DNA from: a virus
Taxonomy: Duplodnaviria; Caudoviricetes
DNA: 60,063 nt
Direction: 5' to 3' (one strand)
IMG/VR virus record: IMGVR_UViG_3300032295_002162
Coordinates: 1-60,063 of that record
Under the pieces are notes generated by a model that was given only the letters and a program-made list of their open reading frames with translations, did no database searches and had not been told where the DNA came from. The translations under genes and the position numbers were made by a program. How positions within the stretch are numbered: position 1 is the first letter of the stretch; each line of letters begins with the position of its first letter. Below are positions 16,723 through 27,238 of this stretch, one piece after another.

Positions 16723-19169
16723 CTATATAAACCACCCAATGGAACTCCACCAGCTGCTGCTGCCGTATCATCTGCAAAGTTTAAACTTTGAGAAACTTGT
16801 TGGAGTATTACAAAACCATTTTCTATTGTATGAGTTGAACCACTAACATTTAATGAGCCGGTTACTTCTACTCCATTCTGACCTGCTCTAAATTTTCTTA
16901 ACCATGTTGAACCATTAAATTCTGCAATATTAAATCCACTAGCCCCACCATTTCTGCTATCGAATACAAATTCAGCTGAACCCCTTTGTGATACATTTGA
17001 ATAGTTACTACCAAAAATTTGATAATAAGGACCATAAATTGAACTACCATCAAAGAAACCAAACAGCATTGCATTTGTATTTCCAGAATTATAAACCAAT
17101 GGTGATGGATTACTTAAATTTAAATTTCCTTTTATTTCTTGCGTACCATAAAAAGTATTAGCCGATGATGTTTCTGCAAATAAGAAATAATTTTCTATTT
17201 GTGTAGATGATGATACAATTGCTGCTCCTTTTAAAGATGCAGTATATGATTGAACTCCACTTATTGTTGTCAATAAAGAAGAGGTTACTGCCTGAGTTAA
17301 GGTGTTAATTGAGTTTTGTGAACCTGTTTGATTATTTAATTCGAACAATTGATTCGAAGAAGAAACAATACTTACACTCTTCAACGATGCCGTATATGCT
17401 TGCAATCCACCAACTATAGTAATTAGGGATGAAGTTACTGCTAAAGTTAAATTGTTAATGGAATTCTGAGAACCTGTTTGGTTATTTAATTCAAATAATT
17501 GGTTTGATGATGAAACTATTGCTACACTCTTAAGCGATGCCGTATATGCCTGCAATCCACCAACTATAGTAATTAACGATGAAGTTACTGCTTGCGTTAG
17601 TGTGTTAACTGCTAATTGAGATGCCGTAAAACTATTAATATTAGTTGTAGAAGTTCCTGCCGATGCCGTAAATGAGTTTAAAGATGCGGTTACAATTGCT
17701 ATACCATTATTAATTGAATTTTGAGAACCTGTTTGGTTGTTTAATTCAAATAATTGATTAGATGAACTAACTACACCATTTGTTGCAAGTATAGAACCGG
17801 TGATACCACCCATTACAATTAAAGAACCAGTTATTTGAGTATTTTGTGAAACTAAAAGATTATTATCAACCGTTAATCCCTTTCCAAATAAACGAGTATC
17901 TCTAAAAATCAATGCATCACCTGCGTTATTACTACTTAATAAAGTACGGTCTACACCCTCTTGTTCGAATACCAATGCTACGCCAGAATCACTTGCCATA
18001 AATTTCCAAGCGTTATTTTCAGGCCCAACATCATTATTTCTATATCTTAATTCTAAAGTAGCGTTTCCAGTAATTGGGTCAATTGTAGTATGTCTAAAAC
18101 TCAAAGAACTTGTCAACTCACCACTTCCAGTTATAATATTAAATTGTCCATTTGATATTGATAAAGAACCAGTAATTGCTTGATTTGCTCTAAAAGTATT
18201 TGAACCCGTTGTTGCGAATATATTGTAATTTAATATTTGTTGAGATGATGATACAATTGCCGCAGATTTTAATGATGCGGTATAAGATTGTAATCCCCCA
18301 ACTATATCTATTAAAGATTGAGTTACTGCACCTATTAATGGGTTATTGATAACTCCATCAACTTTTAATCCATTACCATTTATATTTACATATCCTGTTG
18401 TAGTTATACCAGCCTGTACACCCAATGTAGTTCCATTAAAAGTAAATGCTGAACTATCAGTTAAAGTTCCATTAGAACCAACATACACAACTCTATTTTG
18501 AGTAAGTGTATTTAATGCTAATGAACCGGATACTTTTAGAGAACCTGTAAATTCATGTGTATCTTCAAATGTATCACCAAAACGTGTTGAACCCGATTCG
18601 TATTGAACGGATGATGTTACTATTGATGTTTGAACTTGTCTGGCAGTCAATACACCATTTACAACTAAATTATTATTTACAGTTAAAGGACTACTAAAAG
18701 ATACAGGTCTTGTGAACGAAATATCACCATACCCCGTTCCAACCTCCATAAAAGTTTTGAATCGGTTTGCTGGAGTTGCCTCTGTATTATCGTATGTATA
18801 TAATTTTGCACCAGGAGTTCCATCATTAGCAAATAATTGAACTTTAAATCCTTCAGTTCCAACAGGCGTTACTAAACTACCGGTAGTCATTATAAAATCA
18901 TGCCCTTCTAAAGTAGTTTGTTGTTGACTATTACCAGAACCAACTCTTACAGTTTGAGTTGTTGTAAATATGTTTGCGTTATTTTCAATTACACTTTCTC
19001 TGAAATCCTCATAACTTATTTGATTTGTAGTTCCATTTGTAATTGGATATGTATTACCTACCACATTAGACATTACAACAGGAATGACAGCTGAGCCTGA
19101 TATACCACTTATAGTTGTTAAATTGGATATCTTTTTACTACCGGTTGCTACTTGATATAATTCTGCCAT
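16689..19169 (-). CDS. Long tail-fibre-like structural protein
   Basis: SGSTRFGDTFEDTHEFTGS, S/T/G/N-rich, internal repeats, C-terminal FADDTAAAAGGVPLGGLYRNG. Confidence 0.8.
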   Translation of the reverse strand: MAELYQVATGSKKISNLTTISGISGSAVIPVVMSNVVGNTYPITNGTTNQISYEDFRESVIENNANIFTTTQTVRVGSGNSQQQTTLEGHDFIMTTGSLVTPVGTEGFKVQLFANDGTPGAKLYTYDNTEATPANRFKTFMEVGTGYGDISFTRPVSFSSPLTVNNNLVVNGVLTARQVQTSIVTSSVQYESGSTRFGDTFEDTHEFTGSLKVSGSLALNTLTQNRVVYVGSNGTLTDSSAFTFNGTTLGVQAGITTTGYVNINGNGLKVDGVINNPLIGAVTQSLIDIVGGLQSYTASLKSAAIVSSSQQILNYNIFATTGSNTFRANQAITGSLSISNGQFNIITGSGELTSSLSFRHTTIDPITGNATLELRYRNNDVGPENNAWKFMASDSGVALVFEQEGVDRTLLSSNNAGDALIFRDTRLFGKGLTVDNNLLVSQNTQITGSLIVMGGITGSILATNGVVSSSNQLFELNNQTGSQNSINNGIAIVTASLNSFTASAGTSTTNINSFTASQLAVNTLTQAVTSSLITIVGGLQAYTASLKSVAIVSSSNQLFELNNQTGSQNSINNLTLAVTSSLITIVGGLQAYTASLKSVSIVSSSNQLFELNNQTGSQNSINTLTQAVTSSLLTTISGVQSYTASLKGAAIVSSSTQIENYFLFAETSSANTFYGTQEIKGNLNLSNPSPLVYNSGNTNAMLFGFFDGSSIYGPYYQIFGSNYSNVSQRGSAEFVFDSRNGGASGFNIAEFNGSTWLRKFRAGQNGVEVTGSLNVSGSTHTIENGFVILQQVSQSLNFADDTAAAAGGVPLGGLYRNGNFIAIRID
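17200..17770 (-). repeat. 150-bp (50-aa) tandem repeats inside the tail-fibre gene
   Basis: GA(A/G)GTTACTGC recurs at 17281, 17431 and 17581; peptide unit VTSSLITIVGGLQAYTASLKS..IVSSSNQLFELNNQTGSQNSIN. Confidence 0.85.
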
Positions 19170-19198
19170 TTACTTTATATTATTTTGTATCTCTAATC

Positions 19199-19546
19199 TT
19201 AGTTTATATAAGCGTTTAACTCATATTCGTTTTGCCCACCCCACATACTTCTTGTCTTTGAACCATCTGGGTTTCTTTTATAAGTTCCCATTCCGTAAAC
19301 TTGGATATGAAGCATTTTCTTTTGTGGTTTACCATCTTTAGTTAATTGGATAGAAAATCTATTTGTTTTACCATCCGATGGTTTTTTAGGTCCCATCCCT
19401 ATTTGTCTAAAAGCATCATCATCATCAATTTCATATCCTTTCTTTTCTGCATATTCTCTAGCAGTATTGATTGCTGATGTATATGTTTTATGATATACTG
19501 CGTAATCTGATTTTGCTTCGTTGAATAAATCCTTTAACTTTATCAT
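19199..19546 (-). CDS. Putative virion protein
   Basis: MIKLKDLFNE N-terminus; C-terminal YELNAYIN. Confidence 0.65.
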   Translation of the reverse strand: MIKLKDLFNEAKSDYAVYHKTYTSAINTAREYAEKKGYEIDDDDAFRQIGMGPKKPSDGKTNRFSIQLTKDGKPQKKMLHIQVYGMGTYKRNPDGSKTRSMWGGQNEYELNAYIN

Positions 19547-19547
19547 C

Positions 19548-20291
19548 TTATTTCTTTATCATTTTTTTAAGTGATATCGATTCGTTTCTCATATAAGGTT
19601 TATTATCAAAGATTGATTGAATCTTATCTGCCTCTTTGTGAAATCCATTCATTCTTAATGTGAATGCAATACCATCCGCTGCTTCAACTCCACCCCATCC
19701 TGATGCTTGTGATACTTTTCTACCCAATTCATGTGCATTATCATCACCACCCCAATACTCTGAACTATCTACTCCTGTTGTTCGTATTGCTTTCATCTTC
19801 TCATCATATTGAGGATCATCCATTGATGGGTAATCTACTTTCTTAGCCCATTCTGGCTTTCCTTCAATTGATGCAACCAATTCTCTTGCTTCACTATGGA
19901 AGTTTGCATCAGTAAGCGCCTCAACTGCGGCCTGAAACATTACTTTTTTGTATTTCTCATTACCCAACTTTTGTGGAGTAATTCCAAATTTTTCTGCCTG
20001 TGCTTTAGCTTCTTTATTTACTTGTGGATTACCTGGTCTTTTCTTAGCAGGTTCTGCTTTAGGTTCATCCTTTTTAGGTTCTTCCTTTTTATCAACTTTA
20101 GCTGGTTTATTAAATAGATTTACACCACTTTTAGCTTTACCACCAGCTTTTGGTTCTTTTACATTTGTATGAGTTCCAGCTTTAACGGCTGAATCTCTAC
20201 TATCTTTAGATTTGAATACCGATGTTTTTCCGGTTTTCTTATTCGTAGCCGTAAATGTTTCAGCTTCAGTAAGTAAGTTCTTTAGTTTCAT
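19548..20291 (-). CDS. Putative head-internal protein
   Basis: MKLKNLLTE N-terminus; K/E/P-rich linker. Confidence 0.65.
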   Translation of the reverse strand: MKLKNLLTEAETFTATNKKTGKTSVFKSKDSRDSAVKAGTHTNVKEPKAGGKAKSGVNLFNKPAKVDKKEEPKKDEPKAEPAKKRPGNPQVNKEAKAQAEKFGITPQKLGNEKYKKVMFQAAVEALTDANFHSEARELVASIEGKPEWAKKVDYPSMDDPQYDEKMKAIRTTGVDSSEYWGGDDNAHELGRKVSQASGWGGVEAADGIAFTLRMNGFHKEADKIQSIFDNKPYMRNESISLKKMIKK

Positions 20292-20328
20292 TTGAATATA
20301 ATTCGATTTAATATAAATATAAAAAAGT

Positions 20329-20859
20329 TTAAGAATGTTTCACCAATTGAATCTTCTTTCTAATATTGGTATAATTTGCCAATCTTTTACGAACAGCCTC
20401 TACATTTTTAGGTGAATCATCAACGAAATACACATTATCAAACCCATTTTTCTTAATCTGGTCCTCTATCCAATCTGCTTTGGATTCTGGGTTATTATCA
20501 CCCAATGCTACTACAAATACATCCCTAATTCCACTATCTTTGATGAAATCATATACCGGTTTGTATGCTGCTCTAGCAGTTAGGATATATACTGCTTTAT
20601 CCGAATCCTTAGCCATATTTTTCAATAACTCAAAATATCCCTTTATTACCTTCGGATTCTTAACTTGTTGGAAATCTTTAAAATCAAATTGGTCACCTGG
20701 CTTTTCTTTGTAAACTGCGTATTGGCCGGGCGTTAGTTTGAATTTTCTCCCTTCTTTATTTGTAACGTATATATAAGAACTCGTTTTGACAAGTGTATCA
20801 TCAAAGTCAAAAACTCTCAATTTTTTATCTTCCGTAAACAGTGCTCTTGATATTGGCAT
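20329..20859 (-). CDS. HAD-family phosphatase (PNK 3'-phosphatase-like)
   Basis: FDFDDTL, ILTAR, K, FVDDSPKN. Confidence 0.85.
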   Translation of the reverse strand: MPISRALFTEDKKLRVFDFDDTLVKTSSYIYVTNKEGRKFKLTPGQYAVYKEKPGDQFDFKDFQQVKNPKVIKGYFELLKNMAKDSDKAVYILTARAAYKPVYDFIKDSGIRDVFVVALGDNNPESKADWIEDQIKKNGFDNVYFVDDSPKNVEAVRKRLANYTNIRKKIQLVKHS

Positions 20860-20860
20860 T

Positions 20861-21178
20861 TTATCCGTTAATTTGTTGTCTTTTTGCTTTTGGAAGCGCT
20901 TTTTCCAACTTATCGTTTTCTTTTGTAAGGAATTCTACCTTAACACTCAATGCTGCCACTTCTTTTGTAAGAGCTAATACCATAGAACGTAATTCATCCT
21001 TTTCTTTAGATGATTCTTGTAATAGTGTTTCTAATTTAGTGATTCGGTCTTTGCAATCGTGCTTGATGAATTCATCATCTCTTTCCCTTCTTTGAGCTCT
21101 TTTCTCATAATAACGGAATGCAGATGCTCCACCTAATACTGTGATTGCCGTTATCAATACTGAATACATATTTTCCAT
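20861..21178 (-). CDS. Membrane-anchored coiled-coil protein (possible holin-like)
   Basis: N-terminal TM helix followed by heptad repeats. Confidence 0.6.
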   Translation of the reverse strand: MENMYSVLITAITVLGGASAFRYYEKRAQRRERDDEFIKHDCKDRITKLETLLQESSKEKDELRSMVLALTKEVAALSVKVEFLTKENDKLEKALPKAKRQQING

Positions 21179-21189
21179 TGGTTATTGTT

Positions 21190-21636
21190 TTATCTTGTTT
21201 TACCCATTACATGCCAAGCCATTTTTATCATTTGTGGAATTGGCATTTTAAATAAAGATTCTTTGTTTTTATCTGATAGTGCATTATATAATTTTAAAAC
21301 CACATTTGCACTTTGAACATCTACTAATGTTGTTTTTCCACCATCTTTTACTTTTAACGCAGAATGCGTTTTTACAATGTTATTAAATGTATCGATTAGT
21401 GCTTTTTCTCTTGGATTTATTGATTCTGATATTGGGTGATGTCCTCCACATCCACAATCGTGAACTTCGTTACAGCCACAAGAATGGCCTTCTTCTATTG
21501 GATTTTCAATTGGCTCTTCTTCAGTTTGAGGTAAACCTGTCCCTGCTCTTTCCAATCCCTTATCATCAAATACTGATTCTTTTACGGAATTTCTAACAAT
21601 TTCCCTTACTATTTTTCTTAATTCGCTGATACGCAT
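21190..21636 (-). CDS. Putative virion protein
   Basis: MRISELRKIVREIV N-terminus; HSCGC/HDCGC motifs. Confidence 0.6.
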   Translation of the reverse strand: MRISELRKIVREIVRNSVKESVFDDKGLERAGTGLPQTEEEPIENPIEEGHSCGCNEVHDCGCGGHHPISESINPREKALIDTFNNIVKTHSALKVKDGGKTTLVDVQSANVVLKLYNALSDKNKESLFKMPIPQMIKMAWHVMGKTR

Positions 21637-21679
21637 ACTTTTCTTATATGTTTAATATACATAAATATAAGAATTATTA

Positions 21680-22564
21680 TTAAGGGTTACTTTTTCCATC
21701 CATTTTTTCTACAAATTTCTTAGTCTCTTCCGCAAATAATCCCATTGCTTTGGTATAAAATTCGTTCTTTTTATCAAAACTAACTAATTTGCCCGAAAAT
21801 GATGGCGTTTTACGATGGATATCTTCTGCTATGTATATACCATCCAATATGTATTGTCTTATAGGATACCCTTTTTGTTGTAACCAACTAGCCATAGTCA
21901 TACTATATGTATCTTCAGGCCCATACCCCCCAAATGATTCGGGTATTTCGATGGTTTCCCAAAATGATTTAGAATATAGAGTATGCATTCCACAGCCAAA
22001 TTTGAATCCTGTCAGTTGTTTGGCCTCTATCTTATCTATATCCTGCATTGGAGCAGAATCATTAGCTGCTATACTATGAGCATATCCCAACTCCTTATCT
22101 AAGAAATCTCTGTGTGTTAAAACTGCCCAGCTTTCATCCCACCACTTTGGAAGTGATGGTGAAATTACATACATATCATTTAACTGATATGAGATATTCA
22201 ATTGGTATTTTAGTAATTTTGGAGAAAATGATATATCGGTATCACAAAATACAAATTGGTCATAATCCAACTTTACACTTTCCCTTTTTTGCTGGGTAGT
22301 TCCCCATAGAGAATCATCGGTTGTAATTTCATTTATATTTGGAATTCCTTCAAATGCCAAATTGAATCTTCGGATGAAATAATCTTGCTTCAATTCACTG
22401 TTTTCCCAATCAGTTAATTTTGGATTAAGATTAAGTGATGCTTTAAATGCTATAGCATCAGTTTTTTCTAAATATGCCATAGAATAACGAAACAATAGCA
22501 TCAGTCTATATAACTGCTCTACTTCGTTTGGCATCACATGGATGCAAATTAAGGTTTTTTTCAT
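21680..22564 (-). CDS. GT-A fold glycosyltransferase-like protein
   Basis: FCDTD DxD motif; FGGYGPED. Confidence 0.7.
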   Translation of the reverse strand: MKKTLICIHVMPNEVEQLYRLMLLFRYSMAYLEKTDAIAFKASLNLNPKLTDWENSELKQDYFIRRFNLAFEGIPNINEITTDDSLWGTTQQKRESVKLDYDQFVFCDTDISFSPKLLKYQLNISYQLNDMYVISPSLPKWWDESWAVLTHRDFLDKELGYAHSIAANDSAPMQDIDKIEAKQLTGFKFGCGMHTLYSKSFWETIEIPESFGGYGPEDTYSMTMASWLQQKGYPIRQYILDGIYIAEDIHRKTPSFSGKLVSFDKKNEFYTKAMGLFAEETKKFVEKMDGKSNP

Positions 22565-23748
22565 ACTAACTTTTCTTGGTAGTATGAGTTATTTAGATTT
22601 GCCAATTCCAATTGGTATTCTATCATACTATTTATTGTTATTTTAAATATATCTAACTCAAATGTTCCAACTTCACCACTATCTTTAATTATATAGTGTA
22701 AGTTTTGGATAATTTTAAATGATTCATTGGTTAATTTAGTTCCATCAAATTCAACAACAATATCATTCTCGCCAATTGGGTCATTGTGTCCTATGATTAG
22801 AACTCTCTTATCAATATCAAACAGTGTATTCTCTCGTTCCATTTCGATGTAGTCCTGAGTTCTTCCTATCTCAAATACTTCATCTACATAAATTCTATCA
22901 CACCAAGGTTCTAATGCTTCTAATAACATTAAGTTACACTTATTTACAACAAATGCAACGTTGAATTTAGGTGGAATAATTGGATGTTGAAACTCATCGT
23001 TTTGTATCCAACTTCCCCATTTTCTTAAATAATTCCTACTAGCTTTTTTAGTTTGAATTTTGAAATAATCATCATCCTTACCAACAGCTTCAGTCCATCT
23101 ATGCCCTCTACAAGTTAGGTGATACACAAACGCATCTCTACTTTGAACTAATTTATAACCTGATAATATCCATCTTTGAAAAATATCACTATCTTCATAC
23201 GGAAATGGTGCGAATAACGGATCATGTCCACCCATTGCCTGAAAATCTTCTTTGTAAAGAATCCAAGGTGCGAACATACCCGTTGTAGTTACATCTTGCC
23301 ATTGACTTGATTGTTGCTCCAAACAATAAGTTTCAAACCCATCAATATCCAATGAATCAAAATCCATCCCAAAATCTTTGATTATCTTTTCTTTTCCGGC
23401 AGGGTGTAATGGTGGTTCAATTCTAGTTCCACAAACAACAACACCTTTCTTAAGATGTTTCATTAAGTTTGAAACATAGTTAGGACCTACAATCATATCA
23501 GCGTGTAGGATACCCACAACTGCGTTAGTAGCCAATTCTATACCTTTATCATAGAGAATAGTATGCCCAACTCTTTCTTCACTTCTGAATGAAATACAAT
23601 TTTGTTCTTGTATCCATTCCCAAGTTCCATCAGTTGAACCATCATCCAATAATACTAACTCAGCATCGGGTTCATTTCTCTGAATAGATTCTACAACATT
23701 TTTCAAGTGTCTTAAATTATTATAAGACGGTATTACGAAACTTATCAT
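22561..23748 (-). CDS. GT2 glycosyltransferase
   Basis: ISFVIPSYN, DDGSTDGT, HADM, GGHDPLF...EDSD. Confidence 0.9.
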   Translation of the reverse strand: MISFVIPSYNNLRHLKNVVESIQRNEPDAELVLLDDGSTDGTWEWIQEQNCISFRSEERVGHTILYDKGIELATNAVVGILHADMIVGPNYVSNLMKHLKKGVVVCGTRIEPPLHPAGKEKIIKDFGMDFDSLDIDGFETYCLEQQSSQWQDVTTTGMFAPWILYKEDFQAMGGHDPLFAPFPYEDSDIFQRWILSGYKLVQSRDAFVYHLTCRGHRWTEAVGKDDDYFKIQTKKASRNYLRKWGSWIQNDEFQHPIIPPKFNVAFVVNKCNLMLLEALEPWCDRIYVDEVFEIGRTQDYIEMERENTLFDIDKRVLIIGHNDPIGENDIVVEFDGTKLTNESFKIIQNLHYIIKDSGEVGTFELDIFKITINSMIEYQLELANLNNSYYQEKLV

Positions 23749-23776
23749 TTTATGTGTTGTTTATGTTTATATAATG

Positions 23777-24469
23777 TTATATTTGAGTTATTTCTGAGAT
23801 TGAATCTTCAGATTCAGGTATAAAATTATTGTACCATATTTTATTTTGTATATTTGCAACTATTTTATATGGTATGTAATTATCCAATGATATGATATCA
23901 AAATACTTTATCATATATTTTTTGTTATCAGAATTATTATCAAGCTTCACACCTTCTCTATCCTCTATGTAAAATTTACAAAGAGCTTGCTCAGGTATAT
24001 CATAATGTATATACATATCATTATCTAAAACGAAATTGCTGGCGGCTTCCTCAAACATTTTATTAATATTTAGAGTCTTTCCTATTAAAATATGATCACT
24101 TATATGATATGGATATCTATTCCATTCTCTAAAAAAAACAGGAGAAGTTAATATTTTATCATCATTTTTTAATAAAATATCTATTGCATGTTCTAAATTT
24201 GAATACTCTTCATCCCCTCTCAATTTAATTACATATTTAGTAGTTACAAATGATAATCCTGCAATAGTGCTTTGTATTTGTAAATTTTTATTCTGAACTC
24301 CAGGGTCTTTAGGATATTTTGATTTTATTAAGGTAATATTTCTATCACACTTTACATCAGAATTTTCCCAAGTTGAAACAATAATAGGTATATTAGGGTA
24401 TGATTTATAATAAAAATCATACGTTGATTGTAATATTTTACCTTGAATTAATAATGTAACCTGCTCCAT
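23777..24469 (-). CDS. WavE-like protein
   Basis: LIQG, IIVSTW, NLQIQSTIAGL, IKLRGD, HISD. Confidence 0.75.
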   Translation of the reverse strand: MEQVTLLIQGKILQSTYDFYYKSYPNIPIIVSTWENSDVKCDRNITLIKSKYPKDPGVQNKNLQIQSTIAGLSFVTTKYVIKLRGDEEYSNLEHAIDILLKNDDKILTSPVFFREWNRYPYHISDHILIGKTLNINKMFEEAASNFVLDNDMYIHYDIPEQALCKFYIEDREGVKLDNNSDNKKYMIKYFDIISLDNYIPYKIVANIQNKIWYNNFIPESEDSISEITQI

Positions 24470-24496
24470 ATATTAATTATAACGTTTTGCCAATTT

Positions 24497-25204
24497 TTAT
24501 AATTTAAATTTACTACCTTTGGAATATGCCCATAAATCAAAACCGGTATTGTAATTTATATAATTAACAAATCCGTTTTCTTTTATAAAAGAAATTGTTG
24601 TATCTGAAACACAATGATGGTCGTGGAAAAATATAATAGAATCATCATTTAGATAATTTAAAATTACATTAACATCGGCTTGTATTTGTTCAAATGAATG
24701 ACCCCCATCTATAAAAGCAAAATCTAATTTAGTATTTTCAAAGTGCTTACTTAATATAGATGGTACATCATCCGGAGACCATCCTATTTCTAAAGAAACA
24801 ATTTCAGATAAATTATTGTTATTTATCAAATTTGATGCCATTTTATATCCATCTGCGGTTTCGGGTGTTTTTATTAGTTTTGTACCTATACCATATTGTT
24901 GGGAATGATTAAAATGCTCTTCCACATATGCATCCATAGTTACTAATTTACCATTTGTGATTTTCAATCCTTGTCCAATAACACAAGAAGATATACCAAA
25001 TGCAGTTGCTATTTCAAAACCAAATTTAAGATTATTTTTTAGTATAATATTATATACAATTTTAGCTTCAGTTTCTTTTAAAGACCAAGGATGAAAATGA
25101 TTGGATAGTTTTAAATTATAATCACCATTATTATATATCTTTTCTAATTTAAAATCTAAATTAAAAGATTCAGATTGTTCTACTAATTCATCAAATGTTT
25201 TCAT
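24497..25204 (-). CDS. Class I SAM methyltransferase (Methyltransf_24-like)
   Basis: EIATAFGISS, DFAFIDGGHS, IFFHD. Confidence 0.85.
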   Translation of the reverse strand: MKTFDELVEQSESFNLDFKLEKIYNNGDYNLKLSNHFHPWSLKETEAKIVYNIILKNNLKFGFEIATAFGISSCVIGQGLKITNGKLVTMDAYVEEHFNHSQQYGIGTKLIKTPETADGYKMASNLINNNNLSEIVSLEIGWSPDDVPSILSKHFENTKLDFAFIDGGHSFEQIQADVNVILNYLNDDSIIFFHDHHCVSDTTISFIKENGFVNYINYNTGFDLWAYSKGSKFKL

Positions 25205-25226
25205 TTCTATTTGTTTTTATATTATT

Positions 25227-26603
25227 TTATATTTTTTTATAAGCTTTTACATATATCCATTGAGGATGTCCGCTATCTGAATAAGATTCTCTAATTTCTG
25301 TTGTTATATTTATAAATCCTATATTTGTTAAATCCGTTATAACATCTTCTTCATTTTGAACTCTCACATCCCAAGCTGAATTAGTTCCATTAGCTTCATA
25401 ACAATTTTCAAAGTAAGAACTTCTAGGGCCTAAATCGGATTTTAAATCATTACCATACCCCATTTGAAATGAAAATAACCCACCAGGTTTTAGGGTTCGT
25501 AACAAATCAGTTATTAATGATTTTCTAATATCATAAACAGGTATGTGTTGTAATGCAATTGTTGACATTATAAAATCATATTCATTACTCATCAATTCGG
25601 AAACATCAATACCATTATTACAATACCAACCACTATTTTGATTTTTATATGTTTCTTTATTATGGTTTATATTACCAATAGATAAATCAATACCATCCAC
25701 TCTATCCCAATCACATAGGGTTAACATATTACTTACATTTCTTCCTTTACCACATGCAAAATCCAATGCAACTTTACCATCCCAACTTGTTTTATCTTTC
25801 AAATCACCCAAAAGAATATTCCAATAATCTTCATTACTATTGTGTTCTTCGTGATTTGATGTTCCCAAAGAATATGCTCTTTTTTGCATTTGGGTGTATT
25901 TGTTTTCTGAATTCATACTTTCTATTTTTTCTAATTGGAATCGTATCATTCCGCTTGGAATTGTTACACCATTATGGTCTTTGTTATAAATTATATTATC
26001 TAATATATCAATTTTTATTTCATTTTCGTTTAAAAATTCACGCAAGCAATTTTCATTACTAAACTCACCATGATTTAATTCATGTCTATTTTTATTATAA
26101 TAATTAGTTACGAAATCCGATACAACATTCATAACATTTCTATCCCCAATAAAAAATTGGTCATTTAATGATATATCAAAATCCCAATGTTGTGTTTGAA
26201 AATAAACTCCTCTTAATTTTGGACAATATAAGGTATTTGGTTTTAAATTTGATAATAACTCTTCAGTTATATTTCCATATGTAAAATTTAAATCACATCT
26301 ACTTTTTATATACCAATCATATACATTTGGAGTATTATCAATAACATTTTTTAAATTCCAAAATTGCCAAAACCCACATTGTCCCGGTTCGTTATTTCTA
26401 TATTTACTCCAATTAGTTTTATTAAAATCTATAGATGGGGTTTCAAACAAATTCTTAAGATGCCATCCACTGTTTAACCAATCATCTTTATAATGAGACA
26501 AGCACGATGCGTAAGTATCATAATTACCTATTATATTATTATGATTTTGTATTATAGTTGAATTACCCCTATATGGTCCTGCTAATATGATTGCTATATT
26601 CAT
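25227..26603 (-). CDS. Glycan-biosynthesis domain fused to class I SAM methyltransferase
   Basis: N-terminal LAGPYR...KSRCD...NDQFFIG; C-terminal LDFACGKGRN...LQHI...LKPGG. Confidence 0.8.
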   Translation of the reverse strand: MNIAIILAGPYRGNSTIIQNHNNIIGNYDTYASCLSHYKDDWLNSGWHLKNLFETPSIDFNKTNWSKYRNNEPGQCGFWQFWNLKNVIDNTPNVYDWYIKSRCDLNFTYGNITEELLSNLKPNTLYCPKLRGVYFQTQHWDFDISLNDQFFIGDRNVMNVVSDFVTNYYNKNRHELNHGEFSNENCLREFLNENEIKIDILDNIIYNKDHNGVTIPSGMIRFQLEKIESMNSENKYTQMQKRAYSLGTSNHEEHNSNEDYWNILLGDLKDKTSWDGKVALDFACGKGRNVSNMLTLCDWDRVDGIDLSIGNINHNKETYKNQNSGWYCNNGIDVSELMSNEYDFIMSTIALQHIPVYDIRKSLITDLLRTLKPGGLFSFQMGYGNDLKSDLGPRSSYFENCYEANGTNSAWDVRVQNEEDVITDLTNIGFINITTEIRESYSDSGHPQWIYVKAYKKI

Positions 26604-26608
26604 TTGAA

Positions 26609-27238
26609 TTAATTAACTATCCAAAATCGTCTTTGGTTTTCATTAAATAGATTATTATCAGTATCCTCCCAATCATAAAAATGCGCATAAGCATTTAATG
26701 AAGTATCTTTAAATTTTTGATATTTCTTATTATTATTTTCAATAATACTTTCAACAAATGATGTTGTGGGGATTCCCGCATTATTAGTCAAAGATTGATC
26801 GTATCCTTCCTCATATCTAAAATATAATTCAGATTTAAAACTATCATATATCACAGTTTCAAAGAACATTAAATCGCAATTGTTTAGGCAATTTTCTAAA
26901 TGCTCTTTATGAAACTTTTCTAAGTGATAATACAATCCAAAATTGATGATTATATCCCACTTACCCCACTTCCATTCATTTGTATCTAAATCTGCTTGTT
27001 CTACATTTAATTCAGGATAATATTCTTTTATCTTTTGTATATTTTCCAATCTACCTTCAACAGCTAAAACTTCAGCTCCGATTGAATTAAAATATGCACT
27101 AAAATAACCATTGCAAGCCCCCAATTCTAATATGCGTTTTCCTTTAAAAAAATCAGTAGGATATTTTGATAATATAAATTGCAACCTAGCAGTCTGCCAA
27201 TCTGGATGATACCAACTATCTTTTATATTATTTACCAT
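26609..27238 (-). CDS. Class I SAM methyltransferase
   Basis: RILELGACNG, VEGR, GLYYHL. Confidence 0.85.
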   Translation of the reverse strand: MVNNIKDSWYHPDWQTARLQFILSKYPTDFFKGKRILELGACNGYFSAYFNSIGAEVLAVEGRLENIQKIKEYYPELNVEQADLDTNEWKWGKWDIIINFGLYYHLEKFHKEHLENCLNNCDLMFFETVIYDSFKSELYFRYEEGYDQSLTNNAGIPTTSFVESIIENNNKKYQKFKDTSLNAYAHFYDWEDTDNNLFNENQRRFWIVN

